Source: Candidatus Marinacidobacterium sp.
Lineage (GTDB): Bacteria > Acidobacteriota > Vicinamibacteria > Marinacidobacterales > Marinacidobacteraceae
Direction: 5' to 3'
Assembly (NCBI GenBank): GCA_965204755.1
Contig: OZ242011.1
Span: forward strand, 1,280,001-1,344,000
DNA length: 64,000 nt
The notes under the pieces were generated by a model. That model saw nothing but the letters and a program-made list of their open reading frames with translations, did no database searches and was not told the DNA's origin. The stretch's first letter is position 1, and each line of letters opens with the position of its first letter. This document shows positions 8,299 to 17,675 of this stretch, one piece after another. A program made the translations under genes and the position numbers.

Positions 8299-9945
8299 AT
8301 GAACCGGACGACCGCAGCCGCCCTGCTCGCGGCGCTGTTGCTCGGCGGCTGGTTGTTCCTGTTCGAGCGCGGCGAACCCGGGGCCGGCGCGGACGGCGAG
8401 CCGGTTTTCGGAGTGTCGGCCGAGCAGGTCGCTTCGGTGTCCCTCCTTCGGCCGGAGACTCCCGCGGTCCATCTCGAACGCCGCCGCGGCGCGGCCGGCG
8501 GCGACGAGGAAGGAGGAACCTCCGCGGCATTCGCGATCCGCGAAGGCGGGGGCGCGCCGGAAGACGCGGACCCCACCGAAGTGGACCTCCTGCTGCAGAA
8601 CATCGAGTCGCTCCGGTTCGAGCGGCGGCTGTCCGGGGCCGCCGCCCTCGACCTCGACGCCTTCGGGCTCGCGGAACCGGATCTCACGGTGCGCGTGGAG
8701 CGGCGAAACGCCCGCGGCCCGAACGCGAACGCCGTCGAGGCGGGTTTCGGCGCCGAGACGCCGGCCCCCGGAAACCGCTACCTCAGGCTGGGCGACGGGG
8801 TGGTCATCGTCTCCGACTGGTCGAAGGAGAACTTCGACAAGAGCGCCTGGGACCTCACCGACAAACGGGTCTTCCGCTTCGACACCGCGGGAGTCCGGGC
8901 GGTTCGGATCAGCGCCGGCGGCCGCGAGGCCGCCATCGAGCGGAGGAACGGCGACTGGTGGATCGTCCGCCCCTACCGGTTCGCCGCCGACCCCTACGAC
9001 GCCTCCCAACTCGCGTCGAAGGTGCGCGAGGCGCGCATGATCGGGCGCGCGCGCCGGGACCGGGCCGCCGCCGAACCCGGCGCCGACGCCCCCGATCCCT
9101 TCGGTTTGGCGGCGCCGCGGCTGACCGCCCGTTTCGAGATCGCTCCGGACGAGGACGCCGGGGGCGAGGAACCGGCGGCGGCAGCCGAATCCGCGCGCGG
9201 GGAAACCGGCGGGATGCCGACGCCCCGAACCGGCGTTCTCCACTTCGGGAATCCGAGCGACGACCCCTCGGGAGTGTTCGCCCGCATCGAGACCGACGAC
9301 GGGCGATCCTCCGGGGAGGAGGACGCCGCGGTCTTCGTCGTCGCCGAATCCCTGTTCGACGAGTTGGCGGAGAGCGTGGGCGACGGGCTGACCGGAGTGC
9401 GCTCGGTGCAGCTGTTCCGCTTCTCCGCCTGGAAGGTCGTCGAACTGCGCCTCGCCGGCCCGGAGGGCGAGAGCGTCTTCCGGCGGGAAGAAGGCGAAGA
9501 CGGGGGACGGACCTGGACGCGCGAGCCGATCGGGCGCCGGACCGGCGGCGCGGAGACGACCCGCGCCGCATCCGACACCATGGACGACCTGCTCTACCGG
9601 CTGAACTCCACGAACGCCGCCGCGGTCACCGACTCCGAAGCGCTGCCGGCCGGGACGCCGGCCGGGACGCCGGCCTGGACGATCACGGTCCGGGAGGAAG
9701 AGACCCCGCTGCCCGGCCCGGAGACTCCGCCTCCGGCCCGCACGGAGACCGTCCGCATCGCCGGCGGCGGCGAGGAGGGGCCGCAGGCCCTCCGCGCCGG
9801 CGACGAACGGACCCTCCGGCTCCGCGAGGCGGATTGGGAGGAGATCACCGCGCTCCTCCGCTCACTCGATTCGCCGCTCGAAACGGAAGGCGCCCCGGAG
9901 GGGGAATCGGACCGCGATCCGGAACCCGGCGCTCCCGGGCCGTGA
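8299..9945 (+). CDS. DUF4340-like membrane-anchored protein
   Basis: N-terminal TM helix and repeated FGL..P.L modules; sits after GldG-like genes, the usual position. Confidence 0.75.
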   Translation: MNRTTAAALLAALLLGGWLFLFERGEPGAGADGEPVFGVSAEQVASVSLLRPETPAVHLERRRGAAGGDEEGGTSAAFAIREGGGAPEDADPTEVDLLLQNIESLRFERRLSGAAALDLDAFGLAEPDLTVRVERRNARGPNANAVEAGFGAETPAPGNRYLRLGDGVVIVSDWSKENFDKSAWDLTDKRVFRFDTAGVRAVRISAGGREAAIERRNGDWWIVRPYRFAADPYDASQLASKVREARMIGRARRDRAAAEPGADAPDPFGLAAPRLTARFEIAPDEDAGGEEPAAAAESARGETGGMPTPRTGVLHFGNPSDDPSGVFARIETDDGRSSGEEDAAVFVVAESLFDELAESVGDGLTGVRSVQLFRFSAWKVVELRLAGPEGESVFRREEGEDGGRTWTREPIGRRTGGAETTRAASDTMDDLLYRLNSTNAAAVTDSEALPAGTPAGTPAWTITVREEETPLPGPETPPPARTETVRIAGGGEEGPQALRAGDERTLRLREADWEEITALLRSLDSPLETEGAPEGESDRDPEPGAPGP

Positions 9946-9955
9946 GACCCCTCGC

Positions 9956-10681
9956 GTGACCCCTCGGCCGGCGGCTTCGTGTCCGGCCCACGGCCGGCGC
10001 GCGACGGGCCGCTGGCGCTACGGCGGCCTCGCCGCCGGTCTCGGACTCGGGCTCGCCGCGATCTGGGCGTTTTCTTCGCCGGACTGGGGGGCCTTCGCCG
10101 CGCCGGGGCCGAGCAACACCGGGCACGGAAACCTCGCGTGCCGGGAGTGCCATACGCCGGCGCCCGGCAACGCGATTCGCCAGGCGAGTTCGCAGATCTA
10201 CTACCGGCTCGGCTTGCGCCGGACCGCGCTGGAGTTCGGGGCGCGGCGCGTCGGCGCCGCCGAGTGCCTGGCCTGTCACCAACGCGAGGACGACCACCAT
10301 CCGGTCTCGCGGTTCTTCGAGCCCCGTTTCTCCGAGGCCCGCCGGGCGCTCGCCGCCCACCGGTGCGCCGGCTGCCACGCGGAGCATCGGGGGGAGCGGG
10401 TGACCCTCTCGACGATCGGGTTCTGCGACACCTGCCACCGGAACCTCGAACTCGCTTCGGATCCGATCCGGCCGACGCACGCGGAAATGGTGGAGGCCGA
10501 CTCGTGGAACACCTGCCTCCGCTGCCACGACTTCCACGGCAGCCACCGATGGACCGTTCCCGACCGGCTGGCGGCCGCGCCCGACGAACGCGAGGTCCGG
10601 GCCTACTTCGCCGGAGCGCCCTCACCGTACGGCGAGGTGAGGGAGGACCGGCGCGCCCTCGAGACCCGCTTCTCGCCTTGA
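9956..10681 (+). CDS. Pentaheme c-type cytochrome, membrane-anchored or exported
   Basis: Five CxxCH motifs (CRECH, CLACH, CAGCH, CDTCH, CLRCH) after an N-terminal hydrophobic segment. Confidence 0.88.
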   Translation: MTPRPAASCPAHGRRATGRWRYGGLAAGLGLGLAAIWAFSSPDWGAFAAPGPSNTGHGNLACRECHTPAPGNAIRQASSQIYYRLGLRRTALEFGARRVGAAECLACHQREDDHHPVSRFFEPRFSEARRALAAHRCAGCHAEHRGERVTLSTIGFCDTCHRNLELASDPIRPTHAEMVEADSWNTCLRCHDFHGSHRWTVPDRLAAAPDEREVRAYFAGAPSPYGEVREDRRALETRFSP

Positions 10682-11493
10682 GACTCCGCCACTTGGGCGC
10701 GGCGCTCTTCGCCGCCCTCGTCGTGTTGATCGTGGTGAACGCGCCTCCCGAGGACGAACTCGCCGAACCGGGCGGCGGCGCGATCCCGATCTCCGAAGTA
10801 TTCACGCTGCTCGAAGCGGAGAACGACACGGTTCGGGCGCTGTGGACCGAGGAGATCGTGGGCGCCGGACAGGAACGCGGACTGCGATTCGACGCCGACT
10901 GGCGCGAACCGGAGGTCGAAGCGGGCCCGCTGCCGGCGCTGTTCCTGCGCGAGACCGCGGAGAGTTTGCGCCGAAACCCGGTTCCGCTCTACCTGTTTCT
11001 CGGCTCCGACTTCCCGATCAACGACGCGAATCGGTTCAGCGGAGCGCAGCAGCGCCACTTCGAGGAGATCCGCCGAACCGGCGAGCCGCAGTTCTTCCTC
11101 GACGAAGACCTCGGCCTGCACACCGCGATGTTCTCCGACCTCGCCGTGGCGGAGGCCTGCGTCACCTGCCACAACGGGGAACCGGAGAGCGCGCGCACCG
11201 ACTGGACGCCGGGCGAAGTCATGGGCGCGACCACCTGGTCGTATCCGAAGTCGGAGGTAACGACCGCCGAAGCGCTTACCCTCGTCGCGGCCCTCCGCGC
11301 GGCGTTCCGCGACGCTTACGCGGCGTACCTCTCGGCCGCCGAGAACTTCGGCGCGCCTCCCGCCGTCGGGAGCGAATGGCCGGCCGACGCCTTCGCCCTG
11401 CCGTCCGCCGAAGTGTTCCTCGCGGAAGCCGAGCGGCGGATGTCGGCGGGGACCCTGCGCCGCCTGCTCCGGTCGGGACCGTCCGGGGAATAG
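10678..11493 (+). CDS. Monoheme c-type heme-binding protein (DUF3365 / Tll0287-like)
   Basis: TTG overlapping the upstream TGA, signal/TM segment, GSDFPIN motif, CVTCHN and W..GEVMGA pattern; C-terminal part of ORF 9979..11493. Confidence 0.75.
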   Translation: MRLRHLGAALFAALVVLIVVNAPPEDELAEPGGGAIPISEVFTLLEAENDTVRALWTEEIVGAGQERGLRFDADWREPEVEAGPLPALFLRETAESLRRNPVPLYLFLGSDFPINDANRFSGAQQRHFEEIRRTGEPQFFLDEDLGLHTAMFSDLAVAEACVTCHNGEPESARTDWTPGEVMGATTWSYPKSEVTTAEALTLVAALRAAFRDAYAAYLSAAENFGAPPAVGSEWPADAFALPSAEVFLAEAERRMSAGTLRRLLRSGPSGE

Positions 11494-12012
11494 GTGGCCG
11501 CGACGAAGGCGACCCGCAACGCCTCCGGGCCGTTCTTCACCCGGCTCTCCACCGTCCGCTGGCGCGTCGCCGCGGTCGTTCTCGCCGCGGCGTACGCCGC
11601 ACAGGATCATTTCGGCTGGCGCTGGAACACCCTCGCCGCCTTCCAGGCGGAGGACGCCTACGCCTTCCTCAGCGGAGTCCTGCTCGCCGGCTATGCGGCC
11701 TGGGTCGCCTCCCACTTCGCCGGCCGGCCCCGAGGCGCCGCGCTGCGCCGCCGAACCATCCTCCACCAGAAGGCCGGCGCCGCCGCCCCGGTCCTCCTCT
11801 ACCTGCACAGCGGCGAAATCGGCTACGGCTTCACCGCCCTGCTGAGTTCGGTCTTCCTCGGCGCCGTGCTGGTCGGCGTAGCCAGCCCTTTCGGCCTCCG
11901 CCTGCGCAACCCTCCGTACCACGATATCTGGGTCGCCGCGCACATCTTCCTCACGGCCCTCCTCGCCGTCCTCATCCTCTTCCACGCGTATGTCGCCATC
12001 TACTACGAGTGA
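11494..12012 (+). CDS. Small integral membrane protein, putative di-heme cytochrome b
   Basis: About five hydrophobic helices; two His pairs each 14 residues apart (HQKAGAAAPVLLYLH, HIFLTALLAVLILFH). Confidence 0.65.
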   Translation: MAATKATRNASGPFFTRLSTVRWRVAAVVLAAAYAAQDHFGWRWNTLAAFQAEDAYAFLSGVLLAGYAAWVASHFAGRPRGAALRRRTILHQKAGAAAPVLLYLHSGEIGYGFTALLSSVFLGAVLVGVASPFGLRLRNPPYHDIWVAAHIFLTALLAVLILFHAYVAIYYE

Positions 12013-12108
12013 CCGCGCGGCGGAGACCGGCCCGGTTCCGAGCGTCAGCCACCGGGAGGACGCGCCCCGTTCCCCCGTCGGGGACGACGAGCGCGCCGGG
12101 CGCGCGAA

Positions 12109-13278
12109 TCACAGCGAGCGCAGGAGTCCCGCCGTTTCGGCGACGCTTACGGCTTCCTGATTCTCGCCGAGCGGAAAGCGGTCTTCGCCGCCGTACACGA
12201 CGAAGGCGCGTTCCGCATCGAGGTCCCGGGAAGCCGCGGTGAAACTCCGGGTCCGGCGAGGCGCGGAAGTGCGCTTCACCTCGATCGCCCACGGACGCGT
12301 CTTCCCGGGAAGGTCGAGCACCAAGTCGCTCTCCGCTCCGTTCGCCGTCCGGTAGAAACTCGCGAGCGTTCCGTCCGGAGCGGCATCCAGCAGCGTTTCG
12401 ATCACGAAACCTTCCCAACTCGCACCGGCGACCGGGTGGCCGAGCAGGGCATTCAGGTCGGCGATACCGAGAAGTGAGTGGAGCAGGCCGCTGTCCCGCA
12501 CATAGACCCGGGGCGACTTCACCAACCGTTTGCCAACATTCGCATGCCGCGGCGGAATACGCCGGACGACCAGCAGGCCGGCGAGCAGGTCGATGTACGA
12601 AGTGACCGAGGGCGCGCTCCGGGCCAAACTTCCCGCGAGTTTGGCCGTGTTGAGGATTCCCCCTTGGCCGTGCGCCAACATGGTCCACAACCGCTCGAGT
12701 GTCACCGCGGGAATCCGCGGGCGGAACTGCGGCGCGTCACGCTCGAGATACGCGCGGACCAGGTTCCTCCGGTAGGCGAGACTCGCGTCGTCGGAGTCGG
12801 CGAGGAGACTCAGCGGCAAGCCGCCGCGCAGCCAGAGCCGACCCACGGCCTCGAAACCGGCCCCCGCCTCCAGCACGCTCAACGGATTCAAGTCGATGTA
12901 CTCGATGCGGCCGGCCAAACTCTCGGACTGTTTCAGGAAGGGAATCGCCGCCGAGCCCAAGATCAGGAAGCGGCCGAGGCCTCGGCCCCGGCGGCGGCCC
13001 TCATCGATGAGCCCGCGCAGTTCGGGGAAGATCTCCGGCATCCGGTGGATCTCGTCGAGCACCACCAGGCGGGTCTCGTTGGCCCTCACGAATCGAGGGA
13101 GGTCCGCGAGCCGGCTGCGGTCCTCGGACATCTCCAAGTCGAGCACGACTCCTCCGCGCCGCTCGGCGACCCGCCGCGCGAGCGTGGTCTTTCCCACTTG
13201 CCGGGCGCCGATCAGCCCGACCGCCGCTTGCCGGGAGAGAGCCGTCTCGATTCGAGATTCGGCGTGCCGTTCGATCAT
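12109..13278 (-). CDS. AAA ATPase with C-terminal DUF4143 (PD-(D/E)XK-like) domain
   Basis: Motifs GARQVGKTT, VLDEIH, ILGS, KSPRVYVRDSGL, WEGFV and ESDLV...IEVK. Confidence 0.92.
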   Translation of the reverse strand: MIERHAESRIETALSRQAAVGLIGARQVGKTTLARRVAERRGGVVLDLEMSEDRSRLADLPRFVRANETRLVVLDEIHRMPEIFPELRGLIDEGRRRGRGLGRFLILGSAAIPFLKQSESLAGRIEYIDLNPLSVLEAGAGFEAVGRLWLRGGLPLSLLADSDDASLAYRRNLVRAYLERDAPQFRPRIPAVTLERLWTMLAHGQGGILNTAKLAGSLARSAPSVTSYIDLLAGLLVVRRIPPRHANVGKRLVKSPRVYVRDSGLLHSLLGIADLNALLGHPVAGASWEGFVIETLLDAAPDGTLASFYRTANGAESDLVLDLPGKTRPWAIEVKRTSAPRRTRSFTAASRDLDAERAFVVYGGEDRFPLGENQEAVSVAETAGLLRSL

Positions 13279-13343
13279 TCAGGCATATTCTAGATTGACA
13301 TTTCGATTTACCTGTTTCCATGACCGAAGCCACGGTCGAGCGA

Positions 13344-15005
13344 TCACCGGATTCGGGCGAGGAGGCTCTCGAGCGCGTCGCTGTCCGGGGAGTGGGCGAG
13401 CGCCTCCCGGAGCGCGGCGACGGCCTCGGAGCGGCGGCCGACGCGAGCGAGCAGTTCGGCGAGCCCGGCGGCGGCGCCGGCGTGGCCGGGGGCGGCGCCG
13501 AGCGCCTCGCGGTAGCGCGCCTCCGCCTCCCGGTCCCGGGCGAGCATCTCCAGCGCGAGGGCGCCGTCCACCAGCGGCCCCGCCCGCGCCGGGCCGGAAA
13601 CCGAGTCCGCCAGGCGGTCGAAGAGGATGAGCGCCCGCTCCGGGTCGCCGGCGAGGGCGAAGGCGGTGGCCGCGCCGCTCAGGAGACCAAAGGAGATCGG
13701 CTCCGCCGCCGACCCGAGCACCCGGTCGAAGAGCGCGGAGGCGGCCCGGGGATCACCGCCCCGGAGGCGGGCCTCCGCGAGCCAGCGCGCCGCGCTCAGC
13801 GCCGGGCCGGAGAGCGCAGCCGGCGCCTCCGGGACGAGCGGCGCGAGAAGGTCTTCGGCGCGCCGGGACCCGTCGGGCGCGGTCAGCAAGAGCCACCTCG
13901 CCCGGGCGATGGGGAACGCCGGGTCGTCGGGGAAACGGAGGGAACCGGCCTCCAGGACCGACAGCGCCTCGGCCGCTTCTTCCGGAGCGCCGCCTCCCGG
14001 CGCCATCCCGTCGAGCAGCAGCCCGAGCAGTTGCGCCAGCGCATCCCGCAGTTCGAGGCCGGCGAGTTCCCCGCCGGTGACCATCGAGAGGAGCAACTGC
14101 TTTCGACGCTCCCGCAGCCGGTGTTCCTCGTGCCCGCGCAGCAGTCGCCGCCCTTCGGCGGCCCGGCGGGCTTCTTCGTCGTGCGCGAGCAGTTGGCCGA
14201 GCCGGAATCGCGCCGCGCGATCCCCGGGGGACTCCTCGACCGCCCGGCGCAGCCAGCGCTCCGCCTCGTCCTCCCGATCGAGCAGGGCGAAGCACCTCCC
14301 GAGTTCGAGGGCGGCCCCGGGGACCGGCGGTCGGGAGGACAGAACCCGCTGCAACGGGATGATCGCGCCGGCGCAGTCGTCCGCGGCGATGCGCAGCCGC
14401 GCCCGTTCCAGGGTGAGCGCCGGCGGTTCTCCGGCTTCCGGCGGGCCCAGCATCGCCTCCGCCGCCGCCGGGAGGCCGGCGCCCCGGAGCGCCTCGGCCA
14501 AGCCGGCTCTCCACCGCGGGGAGAGGGGCGACCCGGAGGCGGCGAGGGCCCGCGCGGCCTCCTCCGCCTCCCGATCCCGCCCGAGCAGGGCGAGAAGCCG
14601 CACCCGGAGGACGGAGGCGGCCGTGTCCGCCGGCGCGTGTTCCAGCGACTCGATCGCCGAGGCGTAGTCGAGCAGGCCGGTCAGGGCCTCCGCCCGCAGA
14701 CGGTGGAACTCCGGGGCCGCGTCCGGCGTCGCAAGCGCGTCCTCCACCGCGGCGAGCGCCGCCCCGAACTCCCCGGCGTCGAGCAGGCGGCGCGCTTCGA
14801 CCGCCGGGGCCGGCTGGGGGATGGGGGCGGCCGCGGGCGCGGGAGTCGCGGCGAGGGCCGCGAGAGTGAAGACAGCGCGGTATTGCGGCCGGCGCCGAGC
14901 GCCGAGGATCGCCGGGCCCCGACGACGCTCGCCGGCGCGTTCCGCGATCGGGTCCGGACCGGACGCCGACCGCGCCGGAGCGCGCGGGCCGCCGGAACGA
15001 CTCAG
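13344..15005 (-). CDS. Exported TPR-repeat protein; start uncertain
   Basis: C-terminal ~500 aa of ORF 13344..15962 has Ala/Leu-rich TPR-like helices (AERWLRRAVEESPGD, AEARYREALGAAPGH) after a signal-like segment. The nearest plausible start is a CTG overlapping the upstream TGA. Confidence 0.7.
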   Translation of the reverse strand: MSRSGGPRAPARSASGPDPIAERAGERRRGPAILGARRRPQYRAVFTLAALAATPAPAAAPIPQPAPAVEARRLLDAGEFGAALAAVEDALATPDAAPEFHRLRAEALTGLLDYASAIESLEHAPADTAASVLRVRLLALLGRDREAEEAARALAASGSPLSPRWRAGLAEALRGAGLPAAAEAMLGPPEAGEPPALTLERARLRIAADDCAGAIIPLQRVLSSRPPVPGAALELGRCFALLDREDEAERWLRRAVEESPGDRAARFRLGQLLAHDEEARRAAEGRRLLRGHEEHRLRERRKQLLLSMVTGGELAGLELRDALAQLLGLLLDGMAPGGGAPEEAAEALSVLEAGSLRFPDDPAFPIARARWLLLTAPDGSRRAEDLLAPLVPEAPAALSGPALSAARWLAEARLRGGDPRAASALFDRVLGSAAEPISFGLLSGAATAFALAGDPERALILFDRLADSVSGPARAGPLVDGALALEMLARDREAEARYREALGAAPGHAGAAAGLAELLARVGRRSEAVAALREALAHSPDSDALESLLARIR

Positions 15006-15955
15006 AAGGCGGCGGGAACGAAATCCGGCGGATTCCGAATGCTCGCGCTGGAGCCGACGACCCGGATCAGGAAGAAGCCCCGCCGCTCGGCATGCCGAAG
15101 CACGCTCTCGTCCGCCGAGAGGTAGGCGAGCGCCCCGTGGATGTTCATCCCGTTGCGGTCGAAGTCGGGCATCCAGAGCCGGAACTCCTCCATCCGCGTC
15201 CGGAACTGCCGGACATCTTCCGGCCGCAGCGTGGTCTTGACTTCGACGACCACCGACGCCTCCTCGCCCAAGGCGACCAGGTCCCACTCCCGGGTGTAGC
15301 CGCCGCGCGTGGCCGCCATGCGCCGGCGCGGCGGGGTGACCTCGATCCCGAAGTCGCCCAGGATCCCGGGCAGATCCCCTTCGGTGAGCGCCTCCATGAG
15401 GCGGCCCCAGCGGGCGTCGCCGTCCCCGATCACGCGGTGGATCTCCTTTTCGATCTTCCGCCAGCCCCTCTCGCGGTTGGCGTTCCACTCTCGAATGCCC
15501 TCCTGCACCGTGCCGAGGAACTCGTCGCCCGCCTGCCGGAAGAGCGCCACCTGCTCGTCGCCGGCCTTGCGCAGAAGAGCCAGGTGCTCGTCGTTGGCCT
15601 TCCGACGCAGCGCCAAGTCCCGGTCCGTCGCCTGACGCTGAGCCGCCAAGTCCTCGTCGCGGGCCTCCCGGCGGAGCGTCAGGTCCTCCTCGCGCTCCTT
15701 CCGGCGGAGCGATCGGTCCTCCTCGCGAGCCGCTCGATCTTTCTCGCGCTCCTTCCGACGGAGCGCCGAGTCCTCCTCGCGCTCCCGTCGCCGGATCGCC
15801 AGATCCTCCATCGCGAATCGGATATGCCACTCCTGATGGCGCTGCAACGCCTCCGCGAGAACGCGAAGAGCCCGCCACACCTCGGCGCGGTCGGCGTGGT
15901 AGCCCCGTCTCGGTCTCCGCCGCGCCGCTCGTCTCCTCACTGCCCGTCTCCTCAC
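15002..15955 (-). CDS. Coiled-coil protein with C-terminal PD-(D/E)XK nuclease-like domain (DUF3782-like); start uncertain
   Basis: Motifs WGRLMEAL and EWDLVA...VVEVKTTL, ending NPPDFVPAAF; N-terminal 11-residue repeats. Confidence 0.8.
   Translation of the reverse strand: MRRRAVRRRAARRRPRRGYHADRAEVWRALRVLAEALQRHQEWHIRFAMEDLAIRRREREEDSALRRKEREKDRAAREEDRSLRRKEREEDLTLRREARDEDLAAQRQATDRDLALRRKANDEHLALLRKAGDEQVALFRQAGDEFLGTVQEGIREWNANRERGWRKIEKEIHRVIGDGDARWGRLMEALTEGDLPGILGDFGIEVTPPRRRMAATRGGYTREWDLVALGEEASVVVEVKTTLRPEDVRQFRTRMEEFRLWMPDFDRNGMNIHGALAYLSADESVLRHAERRGFFLIRVVGSSASIRNPPDFVPAAF
15520..15800 (-). repeat. Degenerate 33-bp (11-aa) tandem repeats encoding a coiled coil
   Basis: Units REEDSALRRKE, REEDRSLRRKE, REEDLTLRREA, RDEDLAAQRQA, TDRDLALRRKA, NDEHLALLRKA and GDEQVALFRQA. 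Confidence 0.85.
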
Positions 15956-16040
15956 TCGCCATCCCGGGTGGGATCGTAGCGCGCGCCGGCCCGCGGGGCG
16001 ACGCGGCCCGATGGCGCGAGGAAGAGCGGCTCGATTCCCC

Positions 16041-17615
16041 TCAGCCGGCGGACGGAGGGCCGAACTCGATTCCCTGGGCCAGGGGCAGGTCCTCCGACCA
16101 GTTCACGGTGTTGGTCTGCCGGCGCATGTAGGCCTTCCAGGCGTCCGAGCCCGACTCGCGGCCGCCGCCGGTGTCCTTCTCCCCGCCGAACGCCCCGCCG
16201 ATCTCCGCGCCGGAGGTGCCGATGTTCACATTGGCGATGCCGCAGTCGGAGCCGCCGGCGGAGAGGAAGGTCTCCGCCTCGCGCACGCTGTCGGTGAAGA
16301 TCGCCGAAGAGAGCCCCTGCGGCACTTCGTTGTGGAGGCGGATCGCCGTCTCCAGCGAGTCGGTCTCCATCAGATAGAGGATCGGGGCGAAGGTCTCCTC
16401 GGCGACGAGGGGGCTCTGCCGCGGCATCCGCACCAGGGCCGGCTCCACCTGGTGGGGCCCGAGATCGGGCCGGCGGCCGCCTCCGCACACCACCGTACCG
16501 CCCTCGGCGACCGCCCGTTCGAGCGCCGCTTCCATCCCCCGCACCGCGTCCTCGGAGATGAGCGGCCCCATGAGCGTGGCCGGGTCGAGCGGATCGCCGA
16601 GGGCGACCTGGCGGTAGGCGTCCGCGAGCCGCGCCGTGAGCGGCTCCGCCACGGCGCGGTCCGCGAACACCCGCCGGGTGGTGGTGCAGCGCTGCCCGGT
16701 GGTTCCCACCGAGCCGAAGACGATGGCCCGAACCGCCAGGTCCAGGTCCGCCTTCGCGCTCACGATCACCGCGTTGTTGCCGCCGAGTTCCAGCAGGCAC
16801 CGCCCGAGCCGCCCGGCCACTGCCGAGGCCACCCGGCGCCCGACCGCGGTCGAACCGGTGAACGAGACCAGCGGGATCCGCCGGTCGGCGGCCAGCCGGG
16901 CGCCGATCTCGCCGCCCCCGACGACCAGGTTGAAGACGCCGGAGAGGCCGTGGTCCTCCATGACCCGGTTCGCGATCCGCTGCACCGCGAGCGCGCACAG
17001 CGGCGCCTGTTCCGACGGCTTCCAGATCAGCGGGTCCCCGCAGACCGCGGCGACGGCGGCGTTCCACGACCAGACCGCCATCGGGAAATTGAAGGCGGTG
17101 ATGACCGCCACCGGCCCGAGCGGGTGCCACTGCTCGAACATCCGGTGGCCGGGCCGCTCGGAGGCCATGGTGAGCCCGTAGAGTTGGCGCGACAGGCCCA
17201 CCGCGAAGTCGCAGATGTCGATCATCTCCCGGACTTCGCCGTGGCCCTCCGCCCGGATCTTCCCCACTTCGAGGGCGATCAGGTCGCCGAGCGGCTCCTG
17301 GTCCTCCCGGAGCGCCGCGCCGAGGTCCCGAACCAGGTCCCCGCGCTTCGGGGCCGGGAGGCGGCGGAACGACTCGAACGCTTCCGCGGCCGCCGCGGTC
17401 ACCCGTTCGAGCCCTGCCGCATCCGCCGGAACTACTTCTGCGATCGGTTTCCCGGTGTGGGGGTTGAGCGAAGCGAGCGCCGGCGCCTCGCTCAGGATCC
17501 AGGAACCCGGGCCATGACACGCTCCGGGCGCCCCGTCACCGAGTCCGAGCCGATCGAAGAGACTGTCCATAGCCGAAGAATCCTGCTCCCCGGCCCTGGC
17601 CGGCGACTCACCCAT
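16041..17615 (-). CDS. Aldehyde dehydrogenase, ALDH7 / aminoadipate-semialdehyde (P6C) dehydrogenase family
   Basis: Motifs ITAFNFPMAV, WKPSE, SFTGST, LELGGNNA, GQRCTT, EETFAP and GGGRESGSDAWKAYMRRQT. An alternative start is the ATG at 17570. Confidence 0.93.
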   Translation of the reverse strand: MGESPARAGEQDSSAMDSLFDRLGLGDGAPGACHGPGSWILSEAPALASLNPHTGKPIAEVVPADAAGLERVTAAAAEAFESFRRLPAPKRGDLVRDLGAALREDQEPLGDLIALEVGKIRAEGHGEVREMIDICDFAVGLSRQLYGLTMASERPGHRMFEQWHPLGPVAVITAFNFPMAVWSWNAAVAAVCGDPLIWKPSEQAPLCALAVQRIANRVMEDHGLSGVFNLVVGGGEIGARLAADRRIPLVSFTGSTAVGRRVASAVAGRLGRCLLELGGNNAVIVSAKADLDLAVRAIVFGSVGTTGQRCTTTRRVFADRAVAEPLTARLADAYRQVALGDPLDPATLMGPLISEDAVRGMEAALERAVAEGGTVVCGGGRRPDLGPHQVEPALVRMPRQSPLVAEETFAPILYLMETDSLETAIRLHNEVPQGLSSAIFTDSVREAETFLSAGGSDCGIANVNIGTSGAEIGGAFGGEKDTGGGRESGSDAWKAYMRRQTNTVNWSEDLPLAQGIEFGPPSAG

Positions 17616-17617
17616 CC

Positions 17618-17657
17618 GAAACGAAACGGGGCGGAGGCCGACCCGGCCCCCGCCCCG
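17618..17657 (-). terminator. Intrinsic terminator of the TonB receptor gene
   Basis: 14-bp GC stem (17627-17640 / 17644-17657, one G-U pair) followed by TTTCGTTTC on the minus strand. Confidence 0.75.
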
Positions 17658-17675
17658 AAAGAACTCGGCGCGGAC

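Noticed and set aside
7759-9675. 12-bp in-frame duplications (DGEP x2 near 7760, PAGT x2 near 9650)
   Set aside because: Ordinary slippage in low-complexity linkers with no wider pattern.
12109-15955. AAA-DUF4143, TPR and nuclease-like genes as one defence operon or island
   Set aside because: The AAA gene has its own promoter-like element, the TPR protein looks exported, and no integrase, att repeats or tRNA are visible; these families commonly occur as singletons.
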